NCBI GenBank assembly: GCA_033442325.1
Contig: JAWQFM010000017.1
Location: 1,105,125-1,169,124, forward strand
Direction of reading: 5' to 3'
Origin: Salpingoeca rosetta
Lineage: Eukaryota; Protista; Choanoflagellata
DNA length: 64,000 bases
Shown: piece by piece, positions 38,869 through 53,200 of the stretch
How positions within the stretch are numbered: the first letter of the stretch is position 1
Layout: every line of letters starts with the position of its first letter
Notes under the pieces: model-generated
Databases searched by the model: none
Told to the model about the DNA's origin: nothing
The model's input: the letters and a program-made list of their open reading frames with translations, nothing else
Translations under genes and position numbers: made by a program

Positions 38869-41800
38869 TCACACACGCATAACGCACACCTTCTCTCCCT
38901 CTCTCCCCTCCCCCTCCAGGTTGGCAAAGGTCGCATGCCCGTGTACTTGCGGTGCGTGGGAACACAGACGGGAACAGAGGTGGTGCTCAAGAACACATGG
39001 AACGGGATCAGCACGATCAACGAGGAAGAGTCCCTGCTTGTTGTCGAGAACCACATTGCATGCGACCCAGATCGTGAGTTGTTCACGCAGTATGTGCTGC
39101 AAACCAACTTGAAACACACCTTGAAACACGGCCTGCTGCCCGCCCTTCTGTGATTCTTGCCCCTGCTCCACCGTTTGTCCCACACACACATACACACACA
39201 CACACATTGCTTGTCTTGCTCCTCTTTCTCATCACCCCCCACCCAACAAACACACACATGCACACATTACATCACCCAACACAACACCACCGCCAACAGC
39301 TGACCGCGTCGTGTTCTCGTTGAGCGCGAGCGCAACAAGCGTTGTGGAGGAAGATACACCCTCCATCACCTTCAACGTCAGCAGAACAGGGCCCACCGAC
39401 GATGACGTGAGCGTTCGCCTGGCCGCCGTTGATTTCCAGGCCTCGCGCAACGCGGACTACACGCGCGCATCCGCCTCCCGGCTCATCACGTTCGCTGCGG
39501 GCCAGACTTGGGCGCAGGAAACCATCCCCATCCTGGACGATGCCTTTCCGGAGCTTGCAGAGTCGTTTGCGCTTGCCCTGACGCAACCGACCTTGTTGAC
39601 AGGCTCTGGCCGCGAGGTTGTGCTTGAGGATGGTGCTGCCGTCGTCCTCATCACCATCCAGCCATCCGATGACCCGCACGGTGTCATTGCTCTCCGCAAC
39701 CCCAACACCACCATCGCCCTGACTGAGCCCCTCTCTGGTGCCACCACCATCACCATCCCGCTCGTGCGCACGGGCGGGACCTTTGGCTCCGTCACTGTGG
39801 ACTGGATCATTGACGGCGATGCACAGACCCACGACTTTGACGCGCTGCAAGGGTCTGTCACCTTTGGGTCTGCGGAGGCCGCCGCCAACATCACCCTGCA
39901 ACTGCGCGCCGACAACCAGCCTGAGCTGCTGGAACAAAGCGTGTTCCGGCTGCTCACCGCGAGCAACGGCGCGACCGTTGACGCCGCAAGCGCAGCCCTC
40001 ACCCTCACGGTTGACCCAAACGACGACCCACACGGCGTCGTCTACGTGCAGGCAAGCGAGCAGCAGCTCATCATGCACCACACTGGTCAACGCGCGCTGC
40101 GCATCCTTGCCCAGCGGTCTGCGGGCACGCAAGGCGCTGTCAACGTCACGTTCTCCGTCACCTTTGGCACGAGCAACATCATCAGCAACAACCTCGCCTG
40201 TCTGCAGCAGTTTATCATCGCCGACAGTGTCACCATCGCCATCTCACATGGCGCCGCCAGTGCAGAGGCAGTTCTTCCCTTCAGCGACACCGTGTTGCTG
40301 GAGCAAGGCGCCGGGTTTTGCCTGCAGGCAACGGCAGTCGCACTGGCAGATGGCTCCCCTGTCCTCGTGGCGTCGGATTCTTTGTCGCCTCGCCTCAACA
40401 CATCGCGTGTCGACGCCCGCGTGGTTGTCGCGCGTGCGTTTGCCAACGGCGTGGTTGGCTTTGCCGGCACAAGCATCAACCAGGCAGAGCCCGCCACCCA
40501 GCAGCAGGACATCACCATCCTGCTTGTGCGCTCTGGCGGTGGTTATGGTACACTTGACGTGCAGCTTTCTCTCACTGGGAATTCAGAGTACGCCGTGCCT
40601 GGCCAGGACGTGACCCTGTCATCTAACGTCTCCCACTTTGATGCTGGCGACTCCCTCCACGAGCTCACCGTCTCCGTGCACCCCGACAACATCCCTGAGC
40701 TTGCCGAACAGTTCTTCGTCACCGTGGCGGACATTCCGTCCGGCCGCGCCGCCATCGACTCGGACTCCTCTGTTCTCACCGTCACTGTCCCGGTGCGCTG
40801 AGATGATGACATGGGTTGTTTTTGGAAGTGAAATGGATGTCTCGTGCTCCAATAATTTCCATACACACACACACACACCCAATTTGCATGCATCCGCTTG
40901 CACACAAACGCACACACACACACTCACATGCACACACACACGTATACATACACACTCTCACAAATGCACATGCACACACATACACACTCACATAAACACA
41001 TGCACACACTGTACTGCACTGCAGAAAAATGACGACGCAAATGGCGTGCTTGGGTTTGAGGTGACGGGCTACCGTGTGTCGGAGACGGACCCGAGCGGAC
41101 ATGTGGTGCTCAACGTGACAAGGACACGCGGGGCGTTCCAGTCTGTGAGCGTGGCGTTTGCCACGAGCGACGGCACGGCGGTGGCCGGGACCAACTACGA
41201 GGCGCAGAGCGGGACGCTTGTGTTTGGGGAAGGGGAGCGGAGCAAGGAGATTGCGGTTGGGGTGCTGGATGCGGGGGCACCGCGGGCGCCTGTGCGAACG
41301 CTGACGGTGACGCTGGGACAAGTGATTGGCGGGGCGCGGGTGGCGGCCGCATCTGCCACAGCCACCGTCAACATTCAGTCCTGCCACCACTGCAGCTTCA
41401 ACATCATCGACTCGCCGTCCCCGCTCGTGACAGCGGAGCCAGCAGGCACCAACACGGCCGACGTGACGGAGGTGGCTATCCCTGTGCGGCGAACCCCAGA
41501 CACCTTTGGGCCCGCCACGCTCCACTGGACGGTGTTTGAGAATGACCCTGCCACTGGCGACATCACTGCCGTGCAGGCGAGCATGGACTTTGTTGACGCC
41601 ACTGGCGCGGTGTCCTTCGTGCATGGCCAGCAGGATGCCGTGGTTGTGCTGCACATTCGCAACGACAACGAGCCTGAATTGACAGAGCGCTTCAGCCTGG
41701 TGCTCGTCTCAGTGGACGGTGATCCATCGCTTGGAATCAACGCAACCCTGCCCATCGACATTGTTGCCAACGACCTGTGCTTTGGCAGCTTCTCGTTCTC

Positions 41801-44800
41801 GGCATACCCTGCGGCAGTGACTGTGTATGAGCCCCAGGACCCGTCCAGTGGTGCTCGCGTGCACACCTTCAACATCACACGTGCGCGTGGCACATTCAAC
41901 AGCGTTCGTGTCTCGCTGGAGCTGCAACTCCTAACGGCAGGCGACAGCGCTGCAACAAGCGACGACGCTGTTCTGCTCACACCATCTGTTGTCTTCGCCG
42001 AGGGCCAGACCTCTGCTCTTGCGCGCGTCTCCGTCACCAACGACAACATCCCCGAGATTGCAGAGAGCATCATTCTGCGCGCAGCAAGCGTGGCTGTGCT
42101 CAACACAAACGAGACGGTCACCTCAGACCTCGTCACCATCGACGACACGGACGACTACATTGAACTGGTGATTGCGGAGAACGACGACGCGCGGGGTGTT
42201 GTGTCCATCCGCCCGCTCGCCCTCACTGCCAGTGAAGGCGGTGCGCCCTCCGATGTACAGTTCACCCTCACCCGCACACGTGGTGTGTTTGGCGTCGTCA
42301 CGGTGACGGCTGGCCTCGTGTCAGTTGCGAGTGGCACTGCTGGCGTGAACGCAAGCAACGTCGCCACTCTCTCGGGCCCGGAGCAAGACGCCTTCCTTCC
42401 CATGCCCACTGTCACGTTTGTCGAGGGCCAAACCGAGGCTATGCTCTCTGTTGGCGTTGTGGATGACGACCTGCCGGAAGTGGACGAACAACTGCGCGTT
42501 GTCCTCGTCAACACGACCGGTGGCCTAGTCGTCGGTGCCAACGACACGGCTGTGCTCACCATTGCTGCCAGCGACGCAGCGTTTGGCGACCTGTCCATCA
42601 CCAACGCCTCCACCCTTGCTGTGCTGCACGAGTTGGAGGGTGAGGACGCCATGTACGAGCTGGAGGTTCTGCGTGGTGGCGGTGATTTTGGCACCATCAC
42701 GGTGGAGTGGCATCTGGAAGTGGTCACGCCTGGCGACGGTGGTACCACGTCCTCACCCCTCGTCCTTGGCAGTGACATCTCCCCATCGTCTGGGACGTTG
42801 ACGTTTGCGCCCGGTCAGCGACGCGCTGTGGTTGCGCTCACCGTGTACGCCGACAACATGCCAGAGACGAACGAGGAGGCCTTGCTCGTGCTGAGCAGCC
42901 CGACAAACGGCGCGCAGCTGCAGGCCAACGCCACGTCACGCCGGGTTGTGATTGAGGCAAACCAGGAGCCGCACGGCGTGGTCTCGCTGGCAGACGCCAC
43001 CATCATCGTGGACGAGGGCGCCGGCACGGTGTCCGTGGCCGTGACGCGCGAGAGTGGCGCCATTGGCCAGATCAGCGTCGATGTCACCGTGCGTGGCGTG
43101 TCCGCTGCGGGCGGTGGTGTGGATTTTGCAGCCACCAACACCACGCTGGTGTTCGCGCCGGGTGTTCGCCAGCTGGCGCACCCCATCACCATCATCGACG
43201 ATGATATCCCAGAGCTGGACGAGACGCTGGTTGTGTCGCTCAGCAACCCCACGGGCGGCGCGCTGCTTGGCGCCATCACTCAGACAGAGATCACCATCTT
43301 CAACAACGACGATGCGTTTGGGCTGGTGCGCGTCGCCAACACCACGCCCGCAGATGTCGCGGCGTTTGACGAGAGCGCAGCAGACAGCAGCATTGTGTTT
43401 ACAATTGTACGCGATGCGGGCGCCTTCACCTCCATCTCCGTGCCCTGGTCCCTGCAGCAGGTGGCCGGGTCATCTGCCGCCACGCCCGATTTCGATGTCA
43501 CCGCTGGTGTCGTGCAGTTTGCAGAGGGCGAGCGTGTTGCCACCATCACCGTGCACGTGCTCGATGACGACGTGCCCGAGGACGACGAGACGTATCAGCT
43601 GGTGCTCAGCAGCGTCACTGGCAGTGCGCGCGCACATCCGCAGCTTGGTCGCCACAACGTCACCATCGCTTGGAACGACAACGCCTTTGGCATCATCAGC
43701 GTGCAGGCGGGCGCGCGCAGCCAGCGCGTTGCTGAGAGCGATGGCAGCGTCTCCATTCCTCTGCAGCGCACGCAGGGCACGTTCCGCCGTGTTGGTGTCA
43801 ACTGGGTCATTGCCGTGGCCACGGTGAGCTCTGGTGACGTGAGCCCCACATCCGGCACCGCGTACTTCGAGCCCGGCAGCGACACCGCCGCCATTGTCAT
43901 CTCCATCACAGATGACGCAATACCAGAGGTTGACGAAGGGTTCACAGTGAGCCTGCAGAGCGTCACCGTTGCCGGTGCCCTGCTTGTGTCCGATTTGAAT
44001 GCTCTGCGTGCAGATGTCACAATCGTTGCCAACGACGACCCGCACGGCGTGATCAGCCTGCGCAGCGGCAGCGGCACGCTTGCGCTGACCAGCGGTGGCC
44101 TGCGCTCACTCCGCGTGACACTCGACCGCAGCGGTGGCACCATCCTTCCCATCGACATCACCTTCTCCGTGCTCATGTCACTGCCGCCTGGTGGCGTACA
44201 AGCCAGCAGTGGCAGCGGCGGCGGTACAGCAGAGCGCTCTCCCTGCCAGGCCCAGACCATCGTGTCCAGCCCGCAGACGGTGACCATGGGCGACAAGCTC
44301 GCGTCACGCGTCGTGAGCCTGCTGATTGAGGAGACGGCCGTGCTGGTGCAGGACGCCGTGTTCTGCATTCAGCTCGACTCTGTCGTGCTCTCCCGCGATG
44401 GCTCGCACACCAACACAAGCACGGGCCCGTCACCAAGCTTGGCGGCGTCCATGGATGCCCGTGCACTCAACGTGTCTGTGAGCAGTGCGTATGCCAACGG
44501 CCTTGTGGCCTTTGGCGACACTGCGGGGACCGTGCACGTGACGGAGGCAGCAGACCTTGACGCACCCGAGACACAGCTTGTGCCTGTGGTGCGGAGCGAC
44601 GGCAGCTTCGGCGATGTGGCACTGGCGTGGGAGATTGTGCCCTCACACACGGGTGACTTTGACGCTGTGAGTGGGACCGTGATGCTGCCGTCTGGGCAGT
44701 CGTTTGCGTCCATTCCCATCACCGCCGTGAAGGAGCAAGTGCCAGAGCTTGACGAGCTGTTTCAGCTGCGCCTGACGGGCATCACCAGCGGTACAGCAAC

Positions 44801-47194
44801 GCTGGGCGCCGGTGTCAACGACACACGCGTGCAGCTGCTCATCCCCGCCAACGATGATCCGTTTGGCGTGCTTGGGTTTGAGGTGACGGGCTACCGTGTC
44901 TCGGAGACAGACCCGAGCGGACATGTGGTGCTCAACGTGACAAGGACACGCGGGGCGTTCCAGTCTGTGAGCGTGGCGTTTGCCACGAGCGACGGCACGG
45001 CGGTGGCCGGGACCAACTACGAGGCGCAGAGCGGGACGCTTGTGTTTGGGGAAGGGGAGCGGAGCAAGGAGATTGCGGTTGGGGTGCTGGATGCGGGGGC
45101 ACCACGGGCGCCTGTGCGAACGCTGACGGTGACGCTGGGACAAGTGATTGGCGGGGCGCGGGTGGCGGCCGCATCTGCCACAGTCACCGTCAACATTCAG
45201 TCCTGCCACCACTGCAGCGTCTTCCTTGATCCTACGCAGGACCTGTTTGTTGGCGAGGAGCCTGCATCCCCTGATCCCGCCGATGCCACAGGCATTGACG
45301 TGCGTGTCCTGCGACAGCCAGACAGCTACGGCTCTGCGCTTGTTGGCTGGCGGGTGGTGCATGCAGGCACCAACACGCTTGCAAGCGACGACTTTGTGGA
45401 TGCCAATGGCACGGTGACGCTGGAGCACGGGGAGACCGAGACGACGCTCCGCCTGCTGCCGCGCGCTGACGCCACCCCAGAAACAGCGGAGGCATTTGAG
45501 GTTGAACTCACCAGCGTGAGTGGGGACCCGTCTCTCGGCAGTGACGATGTGCTGGAGCCTGTCACGCGCAATGTGCAGCTTGAGCCCAGCGACCAGCCGT
45601 ATGGGTTGTTTCGTATCGGCACCGCATATGTGCGCGACGGCAACAGTGGCGCGGTGAACTCTGTTGCCGGTACTGCCGATTCCGTGTCCACACAGGAAGG
45701 CGACACGGTGCAGGTGACCATTGATCGGCAGCACGGCACGCTCGGCGCTGTTGACGTGTACCTGATGCTGCTGTCCCTTGCGGGCGAGGTTCCTGCCGAC
45801 AACGCTGCAACCCCTGGCGATGACATTGCTATTCTGCACAGTGCTGGGATTGGTGCTGTTCGGTTCGCAGATGGGCAGACGCGTGCCAACGCAACGCTTG
45901 CCATCATCGACGACGGCCTGCCTGAGCTGGACGAGCGTCTGGTGGTCGCCCTGTTGAATGCCACCATTGTCGGAGACACCCTAGCAGCGAGCATGGATGC
46001 GCGGCGTGTGCGTGTGTCCAACACGACGCGTGAATCTGGCCTCACCATTGCTGTCGAAGAGAACGACGACGCACATGGGGTGTTTGAGCTCTCTGCACCG
46101 TCCCTCGCCAACGAAACGTTGAGCGAAGGTGCCGTGGCCACTGTGACTGTTGAGCGCAGGCGCGGCACGTTTGGCGCTGCTGGTGTCTCTCTCGTGCTTT
46201 CTTCAGTTGTTGATGACGACAACACGGCGACAACGGACGCTGTGCTCTCGCAAACAGACATCACATTTGTGGAAGGCGAGAGCTCTGTGCAGGTGACCCT
46301 GACCGTCCTGGACGATGCTGTGCCCGAGGATACAGAGTCGTTTGTGCTGTCCTTGTCTGCGGGCAGCGTGACTGGCGGTGCGCGGCTGTCACCAAACGCG
46401 TGGGCCACACAGGCGGCGTTCTCAGTTGCGCCCAACGATGATCCCTTTGGCGTGTTCACGCTCGCGCAGCCGCTGTACAGTGTGGACGAGCCAGCCAACG
46501 TCACTGTCACGGTGCTGCGGTCTGCTGGACTGTATCGCACCGTGTCCATCCCGTGGCAGGTGAATCAGAATGCCACATCTCCAGATGTCGCACCAAGCAG
46601 CGGAGTGGTCGTGTTCGTGCCGGGCCAGACAGAGGCGTATGTGCAGCTCACTGTCATCGATGACAGTATTCCTGAGGACCGTGAGGACGTGGTATTCACG
46701 CTGCAAGCGCCCACGTCGCCCGTTGCACGCATCGAGCGCAACACCACCACCATCCGCATTGCCGCCAACGACTTTGTCAACGGCGTGCTTGAGTTTGAAC
46801 CTGGTCTGAGTGTGCTACGTGTGGGCGAGGACGTGGGCTTGTTTTCCATCACCGTGCGCCGGCGTGGCGGTACGCAGGGCACCGTGTCTGCGGCGTACGA
46901 GACGCTTGACCTGACTGCAACGCGCAGCAGCAACGACTACGCGTATGCCCAGGGCAGGGTGGAGTTTGCGCCTGGCGAGACGGAGCAGACCATTTCCCTC
47001 ATTGTGGTTGACGATGACGTTCCAGAGGATGATGAGCGGTTTCTTCTCGTCCTCTCTGACGCCCAGGGCGGCGCCGTTCTTGGTCTCTCCTCCCAACGTA
47101 AGCACGCGCGCATGTGCGTGTGTGTGTGTTTATGTTCGTGTTGGTGTGTGTGTGTGTGTTGTGCTTGTGTGTATATGTGTGTGGTTGTGCTTGT

Positions 47195-47225
<31 letters not shown>

Positions 47226-50200
47226 GTAGTGCGTGTGTGTGTATGTGGACACGCTCATGTGGACACGCTCATGCGTTATGCGTTCCTTGGTTGCATCATC
47301 TCACACTTACATTCACACCATCACCTTCCCACCACCCCTACCCATCACTCCCCCCCCCAAACAAAACCAAACACAGTTGAAGCTGAGGTTGCTGCGTCGG
47401 AGCGGGCCAATGCCGCTGCTGTTGCCGCAGCCGATCTGGTCACGCTGCGCGAGATGCAGGTGACAAACCTCTCGGCAAATATCACTGCGCTCGAAGCAAA
47501 GCTGGACCGCCTTGCTGATGCCATTGCCAGCAACGAGACAAGCGCTGATGCTGTTGCTGCAGACCTTGCTTCCGCACGTGCGCTCCTGGCAGAGGAGAAC
47601 GCCAACCTGACTGCGGCACAGACACTGGCGCAGCAGCGGCAGGCCAGCCTCCAGGCAGCCTCGTCCGTGCTGGACTCCGCGCTGGCCACACGCACGTCCA
47701 TTGCAGAGCAGTTGGATGACGCCACGACGGCGCTGAACTCCGTGGTCCGACGCGTGGTGGACTTCACACAGGAGCCAGACACCATTGATCTGGCTGCACA
47801 GCTGCCGGCGCCGGAGAGCGAAATCGAGTACTATGCTGGCCTTGTTGTCACCGCCGTGTACTACACGCAGCCAGACAGCCCCACACCCCGCTCCATTGCT
47901 GTGCGCGAGGGGCTTGGCTTTGGTGTCGTTGGCTCCGCCTGTGGCGGCACGTGCTTCACGGGACTGCACGAGGTGCGACTGGCATTCAACACCACCGTCT
48001 CCAACGTCGTGTTTGAGAACAGCTTCACAGACTCGGAGGAGCCCCTCGGGCCTCTCGCTGTCACCATCTATAACCTGGATGGCACCGCCATCGACACCGC
48101 CATGATGCAGCGGGACGCCGTGTTCAACAACGCCTACAACATCTCTGCTGCGTTCCCCGGCGTTCGCATTGGCGGCTTTGCCGTGCAGGCAACCGACTCG
48201 ATTGTGCGCTTTGCCTCTGTTTCCTTTGATCAGGTGGAGGGTGGCAGCTATGAGGATGCGCTTGCACGCGTCAACACGTATTCGTCACAGCTCTCCGCTG
48301 CCGATGTTGCCGTGTTTGACGCCCAGCAGCAGGCAGGGCTCGCCGCCCAGGCCTACGTGCAAGCGGCTGCAGCGTTGTCGCAGCAGTCTGCAGAGACAGC
48401 GGCAGCACAGCAGCAGGAGCAGACGCTCAGCCAACAGGCCAGCGCACTCAACGCCACGTTGCTCATGTTGCGCACGGACAGCCGGCAAACCCAGTCCCTG
48501 CTCAACTCGCAGCGCCAGCGCTACGCGGACCACACCTTGCTCCTGCAACAAGCCGAGAACGAGCTCATCCAAGCGCAGGAGCAGGCAGACCAGCTGGCCG
48601 CTGCCGTGACAGAGGCGCAGCAGGCGGCCGTGTGCCCTGACCTGCAGTGCGTGTCCAGCATCACCGTGGAGATTGCACACAACGATGATGCCTTTGGCGT
48701 CTTCTCCATCAACGCGACTGCGGCTGTGGCCTCGGCCACCGCAGGCGAGGGCCAGGCCTTTGTTGTGCCCGTCGTGCGTGCTGCCGGCACCTTCCGCGCA
48801 GTCTCACTGCAGTGGCGCCTCAACTTTTCCTCCACAGCGTCACCAGCAGACATTGCTGCGCCCACCACGGGAGCACTCACGTTCTCGTCGCGTCAGACGA
48901 GTGCTGAGCTTGTGCTTCCCATTGTTGACGACGCAGTGACAGAGGAAGCAGAACACCTGAGCGTGATCTTGACAAATGTGTCCCTGGGCCGGGTTGAGGA
49001 CCCCAGCTCGCTCACACTCACCATCGACGCCAGCGATGCCGTTGGCATCTGCACCCCAACATCGTGCGCCAACAACGCCACATGCGTGGATGGCGTGTTT
49101 GACGTCACGTGCCTGTGCCAGCCTGGTTTCGCCGGCGACCGCTGCGACATCAACATTAACGAGTGCGCAAACGTGACCTGTTTCAACGGCGGTACCTGCG
49201 CGGACCGGATTAACGACTTTGACTGCGCGTGCATCAATGGCTTCCAGGGCAAGCTGTGCGAAATCTCACCGCTGTGCGACCAGGGCGAAACCTGGTGCTT
49301 CCGCAGCAACGCGTGCGTGCACACCGCCATCTCGCAGCAAACATGCCAGGTGCCGTGCGACAGCGAGACGCACGTGTTCTGCTTTGCGTCCCAGACGTGC
49401 CGCCCCCGCGTCGTTGCTGACATGCCATGCCCCGTTCCTGGACCCGCGCCGCTCATCACAGCACCGTTCGCCATCAGCGTCGCCGAGGACACGGCTGTGC
49501 TCACGTCGCTGGCGAGCGTGTACGCCACCCCGCGGCACCGCTGGGGTGAGAACATCACCTACTTCATCGAAGATGTAGGCATGGGCGGCGGTGCTGCTGG
49601 CGACGTTGCCAACACAACGGTTGCTGGCCCCTTTGCCATTGACACGCTGACCGGTGTGATCTCCCTCGTGGGGCTCTTGGATCGGGAGCAGGTGGACGCG
49701 TACACGCTCCTCGTGACTGCTGTCGACTCTGCACCAGACCACAAGACAAACAGCACCACCGTCACAGTGGTGGTGACCGACGTCAACGACAACAGCCCCA
49801 CGTTCGCGCCCGCCACCCCAACCGCGGTATCCGTGCTGGAGAGCGCGTCTGTGGGCACACAAGTCGCGCAACTGGTGGCGAGTGACCCGGATGCAGGGGC
49901 CAACGGCAACGTGCGCTTCACACTTGACGCCGGCAACGCACTGGGGTCATTCCAGCTCGACTCGTCATCTGGTGTGCTCAGCGTTGCTGGCACGTTGGAC
50001 GGCGATCAGCAGACGTCGTACACGCTCACCATCTCCGCACACGACCAAGGAACACCTCCGCTCACAACCACAACAACGCTGGAAGTGAACGTGGTCGTGT
50101 ACCCACCACCCGCCTTTACAGACGGAGGCAGCTACACAGCAGGGTTCCCTGAGGAGGCAACAGGGCTGGTGGTGCGTGTTAGCGCTACAGTCCAGCACCC

Positions 50201-53200
50201 GTACAGCAACGACGCCGTGATGTACGCCGTTGTGTCTGCGGAGACAAGCGAGGGTGATGACGTGACTTCACATGTTGGCGTCAACAGCACCGGGCACATC
50301 CACGCCACGCAGGCACTGGACCGCGAAAGTTACGCGTTTGTCGTTGTCACTGTTGCTGCCACAGATTTTGCACCGCTGCGCAAGACCTCGCTGGCTGTTG
50401 TGAACGTGACGGTGGTGGATGTGAACGACAATGCGCCCGTGTTCGACAGCAGCGTTGCAGATGGGGTGCTGGTGTTCGTGCGGGAGGAGGACGCGCCAGG
50501 CACCCTGGTCACAGACGAGCTCACGGCACAGGACGCGGACCAGGGCGACAACGCCCGCATCACGTACAGCATCGTGAGTGGAAACACGGGCAATGCGTTC
50601 AGCATCGACGCAGACACGGGCGTGGTGACGCTTGCCGCACAGCTCAACGGCAGCGTTGTGGACGAGTACGTGCTTGGTGTTGAGGCGCGTGACAACGCGG
50701 CGCACGTGAGTGACCAGCTGTCTTCGGTTGTGAGCGTGAACGTGAGCGTGGTGTACTTTGGGGCGCCCGTGTTTGGGGCACCGTCGTACCGCGGGAACGT
50801 GAGCGAGGACGCAGGCGTGGGGACGGGTGTTGTGCGTGTGTGTGCGACGGCACAGCACGACGGAGCAGACCAAGGGATTGACTTTGCGATTGTGAGCGGG
50901 AACGTTGGGGGTGTGTTTGGGCTTCGCATGGGCAGCGACAACGTGAGCGCGGAGGTGTATGTGGCGGGGCCGCTGGACCGCGAGACGCGCGGGGTGTATG
51001 TGCTTGGGGTGGTTGGGCGGGACCGAGGCCCGCTGAGGAAGCGGAGCGGGGTGGGCGTGCGTGTTGATGTGCTTGATGTGAACGACCACGTACCGGTGGT
51101 TGTGGGTGCCGATGGCGGGGAGAGCGGTGGGTGGCCCGAGCCTGTTGTGCGGATGGAGGTGCGCGAGGAGGCGAGCGTTGGGAGCGTTGTTGGGGTGATT
51201 GTGAGCGAGGATGGTGATGCTGGAGCGTATGGGACGGTGACTGTGTCTGTTGGTGCGACGCGTGTTGGCGGCGGGGACTTTGGAGGGGTGTTTTCGCTTG
51301 ACGGCGGGAGCGGGCGGGTGCTCGTTGCTGGCGTGCTTGATGGGGCTGAGACGCCCGAGTATGTGGTTGAAGTGATTGCGCGGGATGGCGGGGGCCTGAC
51401 CTCCAACGCCACCCTCATCATCACCGTCATCTACTTCAACGGGCCCCGGTTCAACGCCACTTCCTACGCTGCAACAGCAGCGGAAGACGTGGTTGTAGGT
51501 GCCACCATCGTCAACGTCTTTGCGGTTGCGCGTCACGACCAGCTAGATCGCACCATCGACTACAGTCTCGCAGACTCGCTTGGACTGTTCGACGTGACTG
51601 CTGATGGCCGCATTGTTGCTGCTGCGCCACTTGACTACGAGACAGCCACATTGCACGAACTGACGGTCGTGGCGACTGATCACGGCCCATTGCGCAAGTC
51701 CAGCAACGTCACTGTCGTGGTCACTGTGACTGATGTGAACGACAATGCACCCGAGTTTTCGCCGCCCTCCTACACATTTACCATTCGGGAAGACGCGAGC
51801 GAAGGCGTTGTTGTTGGCAGCGTGAATGCGTTTGACCTTGATTCTGGCGCCAACGCCGCTCTGCACTTTAGCACCGACTCGCCCGCATTTGCTGTTGCTT
51901 CGCCCTCAAGCAGCGGTGTCACGACCGTTGACGTTGTGGTGACGGCATATGGGGCTGTAACCCTGGACGGCCTGCAAGAGCCAACAATTACCTTGACAGT
52001 GACTGCCAGGGACGGTGGCAGCCCTGCCCTCTCCTCCACGGCGACAGTGACCATCGATGTGACGCTTGTGCCGACGGTGCAAGCGCCATACTTGAAGCTG
52101 TACAACACGCTCAGCGCAGCGTCTGGGTTTATCCCAGCCGAGTTTAGCAGAGACGTGTCGTCGCTCGCGCTGGTGTCGGACTTTGACACGCGTCACGGCG
52201 TGTGGGACATCAGCGTGGATGACGGGTCCACGTGGACACGTGTCAACACTGGCGCGCGATGGCGTGACAACACGGCGCTCGTGCTGCGGACGGGGGAGAG
52301 CAGCAGCACTCTGTTGCGGTTTGTGCCCACGGAAGGATTTGCTGGCGTTGCCACGGTGCATGTGCGTGCGTACAACGGGGACAACGCCACCATCACTGGC
52401 GCTGCTGCAGGTGCTGCTGCCGATGCACTCGTTGACGTGGGCGCAAGCCCCGATACCTTGCATGATGTCAGCGGCAATACCGCCCTGGGCGTTGTGTTCG
52501 TCGCCGCCCCGCTCAGCAGCGTGCAAGTTGCAGAGAGCACGAACGTGACCGTGGACCTGCCAAACCTGCTTGAAGACACATCGCTGCTGCAGAATGTCGG
52601 CGTGCAGCTGACATCACTCCTGCAAGGTCACCTGCAATTTGCCACGGTGAGCGGCCCCGCGACGGGCATGGCTGCGCTCACCACTGGCGGCTGCGATGGT
52701 ACCGGTACATGGTGTAACAGCACGGCCGTTGCTGTGATGTTCCCAGACGATGTCGACACGCTCGTGCAGCCGCGCGATCACGGCATCGTCGTTGAGAGCG
52801 TATCGGAGAGCGCCGGTGTGTGGCAGAGCCGAGCAGCGTCCGTGACTGGGTTTGAGGAGACACTTGTAGGCGATGTGGTGCCGCTGCAGTCGCTGCTGCG
52901 GTTTGTGCCGGCGGCAGAAGAGAATGGTCTGTTTGAGATGGTGGTGCGCGGGTGGCATGGAAAGCTGCATGCGCTCGCACGGCAAGCGAGCACGACAGCC
53001 CACACCATCACCATTCGCCAGAGTGTGGTCGCAGTTGCAGATGCCCCACGTGCGCTGACTGCGAACGTGACGCTGGCGCCCGTGCCATACGAAGTGACAG
53101 CGCAGACGGCGAACGGATCGCGCGTTGACGAGAGCATTGCTGGGCATGCGGTGGATGCAGATGGGCAGGCCATTGGCCTTGCTGTTGTTGGCGTCGCAAA

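Noticed and set aside
40638-41024. Start of the 6562-aa ORF as the gene start
   Set aside because: Out-of-frame exon plus intron sequence; the gene splices from upstream exons with a signal peptide at 37986.
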